DNA of 64,000 bases. Source: an uncultured Planctomycetota bacterium (GTDB lineage Bacteria > Planctomycetota > Planctomycetia > Isosphaerales > Isosphaeraceae). This document shows, in pieces, positions 1-7,463 of this stretch (positions within the stretch are counted from its first letter, which is position 1; every line of letters begins with the position of its first letter). Made by a program: the position numbers and the translations under genes. The DNA is taken from positions 2,048,001 through 2,112,000 of the forward strand of contig CAWGMQ010000004.1 in the NCBI GenBank assembly GCA_963823665.1, written 5' to 3'. Below the pieces are notes generated by a model. It saw only the letters and a list, made by a program, of their open reading frames with translations. It had not been told where the DNA came from and searched no databases.

Positions 1-358
1 GTTTTTGCGCGGCTCGAGCGGAATCTTTCATCTCCTGGATCGCCCACTCGGTCTTCTTCTTCGCGTCCCCGCGCACGGCCGCGGGAACCCAGTCATCCGT
101 GCGGGCGTCATTGTGATCCAGCACAAGCTGCCCGGTCAGGTGGTTCGAGATTGCCCAGCACTTGAGCCCGTACTTGCCCAGGAGGTCGTGTCGTCCCTTG
201 CAGTAGCTCGACTCGGCGAGGGCTTTCTGGACGTTGAAGTGGTCGCCCCAACATGGCAGCTCGATGCCGTCGTAGCCCCAATTGCTTGCCTTCTCAGCAA
301 TCACTTCCAACGTCAAATCAGCCCACTGGCCTGTGAAAAGCGTGACGGGGCGTGCCAT
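1..358 (-). CDS. Sugar phosphate isomerase/epimerase (xylose-isomerase-like TIM barrel), 3' end outside window
   Basis: Manual translation from ATG at 358: MARPVTLFTGQWADL...GYDGIELPCWGDHF, a typical N-terminus of the AP endonuclease-2/IolE-like family. Absent from the ORF track because it runs off the edge. Confidence 0.8.
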   Translation of the reverse strand, partial: MARPVTLFTGQWADLTLEVIAEKASNWGYDGIELPCWGDHFNVQKALAESSYCKGRHDLLGKYGLKCWAISNHLTGQLVLDHNDARTDDWVPAAVRGDAKKKTEWAIQEMKDSARAAQK

Positions 359-482
359 GATCTGTTCTCCCGATCAGTTGCGGTCTCATTTGACGGTTCG
401 ACGCTCGATTCGAGATAATACGGCATTCGTCCGGCGAATCCCAGCCACGCGCACCGCCTCTCTCGCCGCTCAATTCGGCTAG

Positions 483-516
483 CTGACAACTGACAACCAA
501 CACCTGACAACCAACC
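483..516. repeat. Short CTGACAA heptamer repeat tract
   Basis: ctgacaa ctgacaa ccaacac ctgacaa ccaacc in the intergenic gap just before the HAD gene. Confidence 0.5.
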
Positions 517-523
517 GCCCGTC

Positions 524-1174
524 ATGCCTCTCAAAGCTATTCTTCTCGATTTTGACGGCGTGATCGCGGAAACCGAAAACCATCACGTCGCCGCCTGGCA
601 GCGGACACTCGCAACGCTGGGCTGGCAAATCTCCGACGAGGTCGCGGCCCGATCGGCCGATATCGACGACCGCGAATTCCTCGCCCAGTTGTTCGCGTCG
701 CGTGGAGTCGTTTCCGGCAAGATCGACGAATGGGTCCGCCGGAAACAGCTCCTGACCGTGCAATTGCTCCGGGATTCGCCGCAGCTCTACCCGGGATCGG
801 TCCAACTGATCCGCGCCTTGCACGGGCGCGTCAGGTTAGCGGTCGTGTCGGGAACCTGGCGTGAGAATATAGAGGCCGTGCTCGAGGCCGCCGGCTTGGT
901 CGAGTGCATCGACTCGATCGTCGCCAAGGAGGATGTCAAGACGGTAAAGCCCGCACCGGAAGCCTATGAGCTCGCGCTCAAGAAGCTCCGCATCTCGGCA
1001 AAGTCCGCCGTCGCAATCGAAGATTCGCCGTCCGGCGTTGCCTCGGCTCGCGCAGCCGGCCTGCGCGTCATCGCCGTCGGCCACCGCCATCCTTTTGGCG
1101 ACTGGGTCGGTGATTCGCTCTACATCTCGGGATTCGAGCCGGTCCAGGGTCTGCTCGACCATCTTAAGCTGTGA
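524..1174 (+). CDS. HAD family phosphatase (beta-PGM-like)
   Basis: Motif I LLDFDGVIAET, KPAPE and EDSPSG. Confidence 0.9.
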   Translation: MPLKAILLDFDGVIAETENHHVAAWQRTLATLGWQISDEVAARSADIDDREFLAQLFASRGVVSGKIDEWVRRKQLLTVQLLRDSPQLYPGSVQLIRALHGRVRLAVVSGTWRENIEAVLEAAGLVECIDSIVAKEDVKTVKPAPEAYELALKKLRISAKSAVAIEDSPSGVASARAAGLRVIAVGHRHPFGDWVGDSLYISGFEPVQGLLDHLKL

Positions 1175-1273
1175 GCACGCGTGACCACCCTCGTGAGAGC
1201 GTGGCTCCGACGGGACGCACGTCCGCCAACCTCGGGCGTGAGCCCGATCTTCATGTCGAAGCGGATCTTCTGA

Positions 1274-2784
1274 TCACTCCGCGGCTTCCAGCACGCTGCG
1301 CTGCGCCTGCGCCCACCGCTCAACATATTCGACCAGCGTTCTGACAAAACACCCCGTCCCGCCCGCGTCGCGCGTGGAGTTTTCATTGTCGCACCAGCTC
1401 GGCCCGGCGATGTCGAGGTGAATCCATGGCGTGGAGCCCACGAACTGCTCCAGAAACTTGGCGGCCGTGGCGGCGCCGCCCCACTTTCCACCCACGTTCT
1501 TGAAGTCGGCGACACTGCTCTTGAGCTGCTCTTTGTAATCGTCATGAAGCGGCAGACGCCAGACCCGTTCGCCGGTCTGCCGGCAGGCGTCCATGAGGTC
1601 TTTGGAAAACGTATCGTCATTGCTGAATAGACCGGCAACCTTGAGCCCAAGCGCCACGATGCAGGCACCGGTGAGCGTGGCCAGATCGAGCACACGCTCG
1701 GGTTGCCGCTCGACCGCATACGCAAGGGCATCGGCCAGGATCAGCCGCCCTTCGGCGTCGGTGTTCATGATCTCCACCGTCTTGCCGTTGCGCATGGTGA
1801 GCACGTCACCCATCTTCATCGCTTTGCCGCCGGTCATGTTCTCGGTCAGGGCGAGGTAGCCCACGACGTTCACCGGCAGGGCAAGCCGGGCAATTGCCTG
1901 CATGGCGGCCGCGACAACCGCAGCTCCGGTCATGTCGCTCTTCATGTCCTCCATCGAAGCAGCCGGTTTCAGGCAAAGACCGCCCGAGTCGAACGTCACT
2001 CCCTTGCCGACGAGCGCAAGGGTCGGCGATTGGCCGCCGCCTGAGTATTCGAGGACCATGAACCGCGCCGGCTCATCGGAGCCTCTAGCCACGCCATCGA
2101 GGCCGCCGAACCGCTCGCCTCGAATCCGGCCTTCGTCCCAGATTTCGACTGCCAGGCCTGCGTCCGAGGCAATCACCTCGATGCGGTCGCACAGACGCGC
2201 GGGTGCCTTATCCCCCGGCGGAGTATTCACCAGGTCTGCGCCAGGTTAACCGCCTCGCCGACAACTTCCGCCCGGCGCAGTGACGCCAGAAAATCCTCGT
2301 CGTTGCCCGCTTTCTCCGGCGCGATCACCAGGCTAAGCGTTTCGAACGCGTGCCGGTTCGCTTCGCTCTTCTTCAATCCTGGTCCGCGGGTGGCAACGAT
2401 CGCCCCTTCGATCAGTGCCTTCGCGATCGTCTCCGGATCGTCCGACTCGGGCAGCACAACGGCCACGGTTTCCCTGCGCTTGCTCGAAAGCCGCTTCGAG
2501 AATGCGTAGCCGGCCGAAAAGGCAGCCCCGGCGTCAAAGCGGGCGCGCGGGCCAAGCCCCACCAGCAGTAAGCTCCGCGCTGCGAGCGCGCCGGCCTCGT
2601 AAAAGGGCGTCAGCTCACCCAGAGATCCCGTCACGTCCTTCTCGGCGATCAGACGCTCGACGATCTCGTACAGCGTTGTTTCCCGTAGTTCAGCGGGGGG
2701 CTCGTTCTCGTCTTCGAAGAATCCCAGAACTAGCCATTGAGCCTCGGCAGAGCCCAGCGACTGACGCAAGAGTGTGATATTCAT
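1274..2784 (-). CDS. pepA: Leucyl aminopeptidase (M17), split by one frameshift near 2230
   Basis: N-terminal ORF 2227-2784 plus C-terminal ORF 1274-2230 with GKGVTFDSGG, MKSDM, NTDAEGRL and DLATLTGA. Confidence 0.92.
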
Positions 2785-2820
2785 CGAGATCGATTGCCTT
2801 GTGCAGGCACGCTCGCCCGC

Positions 2821-3825
2821 TCAGTTACGTTGGGGAACCACTCCGGCCCCGGTGCGGACGGTTTTGGGCTGGGCGCCCTTTGTGGTTCTGCTCGTCTTGT
2901 TCCGATCTTGACCCGGTGACGGTGATGCCCCTGGCGATACGGACGGAGTCGCGACCTTTTTCGCCTCGACTGGTTTCTTGGCGGTGGATCCAACCCGGCC
3001 GGCGGGGGCTTTCTCGTTGTCGCTGGGATAGCCCGGAGCCCACGTTGGGGGAACGATCGTCATCAATTGTTTGGCCGACCAGATTCCGTGGCGCTCGTTT
3101 CCGGGAAAGTAAACGAGTGAATCAGGCGTGAGCGGGTGCTTGAGCTGGTAGCGTGAGGCGAACGCCAGAACCAGCAAGGGCAGCGGAAACTCAGTCGCAC
3201 GCTCCATGTCTCCCAGTCTCACTGGATCCGACAGCTTCAGCCCCGCCGCCCGGTATGCTTTCTCGGTCATTTCAACACAGTACAGCGCCGTATCATCCTC
3301 GCCCAGCTCGTAATCGAACGGAAGCTGTTCCTCGTACACCTTGTGAAGGTAGGCCATCACCTTGGGGATGGCGTCCTTGTACTCCGGCTTGACCCGTTTG
3401 ACTCCGAAGTCGCCCACATTATCCAGAACCCACACATAGAACGGCTGCCGTGCCACCCCCGTGCGTGTGGTGTCATACACCACGACGCCATCCTCTTCGA
3501 TCGAGGCGATCCCGGTGTGTGAGAACTGGCTATTACTACACTTGGCAAGAAAGCGGCTGATTTTGAAGTATCCATGCGCCAACCGGGCATCGCCCATCCG
3601 GAACAGAACGTCACCGGTCTTGAGATGCTGCCGGCCCCACTGGTCCCAGCGCGCCATGTGGGGAGTGAGAACAATCGGCGCCATCCGCCCCTCTTGTCGA
3701 GCCTTGGTCGCCTCGGGTCCGTAGTAGTTTCCCTGAAAGCCTGGAGGGACCAGGCGTTCGCTCATCTCGGCTTCATGCGGAGGGTTGAGAAGCAGGGCAA
3801 CAATCCATCCTAAGATTCCGCTCAT
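2821..3825 (-). CDS. YiiX/YebB-like permuted NlpC/P60 papain-like amidase
   Basis: GDVLF, FSHTGI (His), and YCVE (Cys after His, permuted order); Pro/Lys-rich tail. Confidence 0.8.
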   Translation of the reverse strand: MSGILGWIVALLLNPPHEAEMSERLVPPGFQGNYYGPEATKARQEGRMAPIVLTPHMARWDQWGRQHLKTGDVLFRMGDARLAHGYFKISRFLAKCSNSQFSHTGIASIEEDGVVVYDTTRTGVARQPFYVWVLDNVGDFGVKRVKPEYKDAIPKVMAYLHKVYEEQLPFDYELGEDDTALYCVEMTEKAYRAAGLKLSDPVRLGDMERATEFPLPLLVLAFASRYQLKHPLTPDSLVYFPGNERHGIWSAKQLMTIVPPTWAPGYPSDNEKAPAGRVGSTAKKPVEAKKVATPSVSPGASPSPGQDRNKTSRTTKGAQPKTVRTGAGVVPQRN

Positions 3826-4455
3826 GTCGGGTTCGCCTCGATCAATGCTCGTGCGCTACTCGGTGGATTCCCAGGCTTTGGTCCAAAGCCTTCGATCAAC
3901 CCGAAATAACAATCGGTCGCAGACGTCCCAGGAATAACGGGTCTACCCCACGAATCCCAGCGAGTAACCCAGCAGTTGCAGTCACTTGGAAGTAAAACGG
4001 GTGATCATTATAACCCTCCCATCTCCGCAATTTCACCAAAAAAACCCCGCCGGCCGAGCTCTTACAAACGAAAAACTTCGTTCACGCGTTTCTGCTCGAA
4101 TGTTCACGAAAGTGGATCCGGTTTTGCGATCCGGTGGTTCGAGGTCAGACTGCTTCAACTGAGCGTTCGGGACACGTGCATGCGGGCAAAAGCTGGGCCA
4201 AATAGAATGCCTGGAGCGAGCGTAACCATCTTGGCCGCAATGTTTTCGTTCCCGTTTCGTTGAGACAATGCGAGCAACAACACGTAACCGCGTATCAGGT
4301 CCGTTGTTGATTGGGCTCGAAAGGCGCAAAAAAAAAATCGGGATGAGGGCACTCGTCTGAGCGAGTCGCAATCATCCCGATAGAAGTCGCGGCAGTTTGG
4401 CAAAATTCGCGAAAGTTTTCCTCTTAGCAGAGATAGGGGTTTCAGCGCGTTGGAA

Positions 4456-5019
4456 TCAGTTCCGCTCAATGGTCGTCTTGGGTGCTTTGGTCGTCGTGGG
4501 TTCGGTGGTCGTCGCCTTGGGCTCTGCGGACGATTCGGGGGTCGTCGCGTTGGTATCGGGTGAAATGACGTGGAGCTGAGCGACGACGCGGGTGACGCCG
4601 ACTGTGTCTTTTGTGAGCGAGATCACCTTCGCCTTGGCGGCGTCGTCTGGAACGGTGCCGCGAATGGTGACGGTACCCCCCTCAGCCTTCACGACGAAAC
4701 GGCTTGTGTGCAGCATCTTGTCCCAATGAAGTCTGCCGTAAACTCTGGGTACGAGTCCCATTCCCTGGACAGATTCCTTCGTGCGTGCAAATCCGTCGCG
4801 CACGGAGTCGCCCGTCCGGTTAAGTCCTTCGCGGAAAGTGTCTTCGGCGTCGATCAAGCTTCTTCGGATCGCTCGCCCAAGCTCATCAAGTTTTTCGGCG
4901 GCCTTGACAGCGGCGCCGTCTTGAGGCGGTGGGTCTTGCTGACCGCGGGTCGCCCCTCCCCAGCCGGCCACGCAAAGTGCAACGAGTGCCGCTCCGGTCA
5001 TTCCCAGGATCTTCCGCAT
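4456..5019 (-). CDS. BON domain-containing exported protein
   Basis: Signal peptide MRKILGMTGAALVALCVAG and BON-like GTVTIRGTV...GVTRVVAQLHV. Confidence 0.8.
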   Translation of the reverse strand: MRKILGMTGAALVALCVAGWGGATRGQQDPPPQDGAAVKAAEKLDELGRAIRRSLIDAEDTFREGLNRTGDSVRDGFARTKESVQGMGLVPRVYGRLHWDKMLHTSRFVVKAEGGTVTIRGTVPDDAAKAKVISLTKDTVGVTRVVAQLHVISPDTNATTPESSAEPKATTTEPTTTKAPKTTIERN

Positions 5020-5349
5020 CGCTTGGACTCCTTTCCGGTTGTTGCGAGTGGAGGTGAATCTCGGCAAAGCCGATCAACTGCGGAGTTTAATCAACGACAG
5101 CCATTTCACCGATACCGGTTTTCTTCATTTCCTTTGACGCCGTGGATTATCGGCTGTGTTGATCGAGCAAGGGGGGCGGCATCTCCGCTGCACTCGACCG
5201 ACTCATCGACTTGCGTGCCGCCACGAATCGGCTGGGCGAGGACAGGAAGTCACGGAGCAAGCGAAGTTCCCGATCTCACGCCCGCGCGGACAAATTGAAA
5301 TCCTGGCAACCATGAATAACGAGAAGTCATGACTGGCAGTCGTTACGAA

Positions 5350-5712
5350 TTATTGCGTGTCGTCTAGCGAACCGAACAACTTTCGCGGCGGGAGCCGAAA
5401 TCCCGGCAGAACTTCTCCGCCGGTCAGCGTTTGCTGTTCGGTAAGGACCACAGGCTCGGTGGGTGAAGTGTAGACCGGCACCGTCCGATTTGACGGATCG
5501 ACGAGCCAGACCAATCGGCAGCCAGAAGCAAAGAATTCACGGATTTTTCGCGCCATTTCCCGAGCCGTGTTGCCCTCGCTGAGCACTTCGATGGCGAGAT
5601 CGGGGGCGAGTGGAAGGATTGGAGCGCGAGCGCCGCGGTGATGCTCCAAGCGCGCCCGCGAGACGAAAGACAGGTCGGGAATTCGCACGAGACCCGGAGA
5701 TAACCGGAGCAT
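5350..5712 (-). pseudogene. Uma2/DUF820 family endonuclease, 5'-truncated
   Basis: RIPDLSFV, APDLAIEVLSEGNT, GCRLVWLVDP and VLPGF; the N-terminal third is missing. Confidence 0.8.
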
Positions 5713-5801
5713 CCCTCAGGAACTGTTCTTATGGTTGCGAAAACCGTGTATCCAGGCAACTGCAATGGGCTGAATTGTACTGCGCAGCAGCCAGCCTCAT
5801 C

Positions 5802-5816
5802 TGGCATGAAGGATGC
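5802..5816 (+). promoter_or_regulatory. Putative sigma-54 (-24/-12) promoter
   Basis: TGGCATGAAGGATGC with exact GG-N10-GC spacing, 45 nt upstream of an ORF that has a GGAGGT RBS. Confidence 0.5.
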
Positions 5817-5861
5817 ATAATGTGACTTGCAACTTGCAGCTCAGGATCGGAGGTCACAGCG

Positions 5862-6014
5862 ATGCTCGTCGAATCGAACCTACTTCGAAAGCTGGTGTTA
5901 CTCCTACTGGTGATATTGTTTGTGCTCGCGGTCGAGCTTCTTGTCGCGATGGCCGCGCTGCCGGGCCACCTCCTGCAAAGGAGCCGCCGAGCGACTTATC
6001 GAGGCCTCAAGTAG
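5862..6014 (+). CDS. Small single-pass membrane protein (50 aa), below the ORF-track cutoff
   Basis: GGAGGT RBS at 5849-5854. MLVESNLLRKLVLLLLVILFVLAVELLVAMAALPGHLLQRSRRATYRGLK has a hydrophobic helix and a basic tail. Confidence 0.5.
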   Translation: MLVESNLLRKLVLLLLVILFVLAVELLVAMAALPGHLLQRSRRATYRGLK

Positions 6015-6052
6015 TTATGAAGCAAGGTTCTGTATTGCGATCGCGCTCGGCG

Positions 6053-6320
6053 CTAAGCCCGGGCCAGCGCGTCATCCGTGCGCGATGCCGGCGCGGGCTC
6101 TTCGTGTTCCTGCCACCAGCGGGCGGCGTGCCACTGCGTCCACTGGTCCGCTGCGACGCACTCGGTGAGAGCTTGCTCCAGACTCTGGATATCCTGGAAC
6201 CGGTCCTTCCGGCGCTTGGCCAGGCAGCGGAGGACGACGCGTTCGAGATCAGCAGGCACGCTCATCTCGTGCTTCGTCGGCCAGACCACTTCGTCGCGCG
6301 CGTGAGCGACGACCACGTCA
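6053..6320 (-). pseudogene. C-terminal fragment of a Ser/Thr protein kinase
   Basis: VPADLERVVLRCLAKRRKDRFQ...QWTQWHAARWW matches kinase subdomain XI and the planctomycete kinase tail; no catalytic core upstream. Confidence 0.7.
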
Positions 6321-6459
6321 GGCTCGTCCCGCCTCGTAAAGCCCTCCCCCCCAAGCATATTGCCGAATGTCCCCCGGGAGAATCGACATCCAGGACACAC
6401 CAGCCCAACGAAATCGGCGATCGTCGAGCCGCAAGCGTGGATGAATCGGCGGCAATCAT

Positions 6460-6542
6460 TACCGGCGGTGGGAATTGAACCCACACGGGGTTACCCCCAG
6501 AGGATTTTAAGTCCTCAGCGTCTGCCATTCCGCCACGCCGGC
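6460..6542 (-). tRNA. tRNA-Leu (anticodon TAA)
   Basis: GCCGGCG acceptor pairing with CGCCGGT-A, D loop AATGGCAGA, anticodon arm GAGGA-CTTAAAA-TCCTC, long variable arm, T arm GTGGG-TTCAATT-CCCAC. Confidence 0.95.
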
Positions 6543-6671
6543 AGGATACGGACTTCGAGGCCAACAAATGGATCGTTCAAGCCGCGGACACTCGACGTGA
6601 TTCTCAAAGCCGACGCGGCAAGAGACAACGCACCCAAACACGGTCCAGGTTTCTGGGCATCTCGGCAAAAA

Positions 6672-6758
6672 CGGAGGGGGTGGGATTCGAACCCACGGTA
6701 GGCTTTCACCTACTACGGTTTTCAAGACCGTCCCAATCGACCACTCTGGCACCCCTCC
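6672..6758 (-). tRNA. tRNA-Ser (anticodon TGA)
   Basis: GGAGGGG acceptor pairing with CCCCTCC-G, anticodon arm ACGGT-CTTGAAA-ACCGT, long variable arm GTAGG-TGAAAG-CCTAC, T loop TTCGAAT. Confidence 0.95.
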
Positions 6759-6819
6759 TCCTGGCGTCGAAGACTTCAAAAAACCCGTACTGCCTGTCGA
6801 TGCGAGCCTTTGGTGGTGT

Positions 6820-6897
6820 TTTGAAGAGAATCGTCAGGCTAAAGCCTGACCTACCACCAACGTTTGAAGCGAATCGTCAGGCTGAAGCCTGACCTAC
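6820..6897. repeat. Two tandem 35-nt units, each containing a GTAG-type REP hairpin
   Basis: TTTGAAG(A/C)GAATCGTCAGGCT(A/G)AAGCCTGACCTAC at 6820-6854 and 6863-6897; stem GTCAGGCT/AGCCTGAC; reads GTAG-hairpin on the minus strand. Confidence 0.85.
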
Positions 6898-6903
6898 AAC
6901 GAC

Positions 6904-7302
6904 CTACTGCCCGCTCACCTCGTCCAGGATGTCGTCGGCCACGAAGATCGGCACATCCACCGTCACCGCCAGCGCGATCGCATCACTCGGCCGTGAATCT
7001 ACTTCCACCAGCTCTCCCTCGTGACGGATCCGCAACTTGGCGAAATATGTGTGCTCACGTAATTCGTTGATATAGATGTCCTGTACGTCACCCCCCAGGA
7101 GGTCGATCGTGCTCGCCAGCAAGTCGTGCGTCAGCGGACGCGGTGTCGGCTGGCTCCGTACCCGCCGGTCAATACTCGTTGCTTCGAACAGGCCGATCAC
7201 GATCGGAAACATTCGCTCGCCATCCACCTCTTTCAAAAAGATGATATGCGAGTCGCTCGCCTCGTTGATGATGATGCGCGTGAGCTCCATCTGAACCGCC
7301 AC
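6904..7302 (-). CDS. Bifunctional nuclease family protein (DUF151)
   Basis: FPIVIGLFEA, PRPLTHDL and VDSRPSDAIALA. Confidence 0.9.
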   Translation of the reverse strand: MAVQMELTRIIINEASDSHIIFLKEVDGERMFPIVIGLFEATSIDRRVRSQPTPRPLTHDLLASTIDLLGGDVQDIYINELREHTYFAKLRIRHEGELVEVDSRPSDAIALAVTVDVPIFVADDILDEVSGQ

Positions 7303-7463
7303 GGCGCTACCACCTTTTCTTTTCTCTCAGGCGGGAAGGACGATTTCAGCTCCGCAAACGCGTCACCATCCTCACCGACAACAGGAAAACGAGTGCATGG
7401 CTCCGATCATAGATGACCAGGCGCGAGGCGTCAACGCAACACAGGGCCCGCTCGCGCCCCGGT

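Noticed and set aside
2215..2245. Programmed ribosomal frameshifting in pepA and other split genes
   Set aside because: No shared slippery motif across the sites, and too many unrelated genes are affected; sequencing error is simpler.
6262..6892. Short ORFs overlapping the tRNAs, including the MADAE(D/H)LKSSGGNPVWV peptide shared with ORF 33043
   Set aside because: These are translations of tRNA sequence; the shared peptide only reflects the tRNA repeat.
6820..6907. CRISPR array
   Set aside because: Only two units with an 8-nt spacer, REP-like hairpins and no cas genes in the window.
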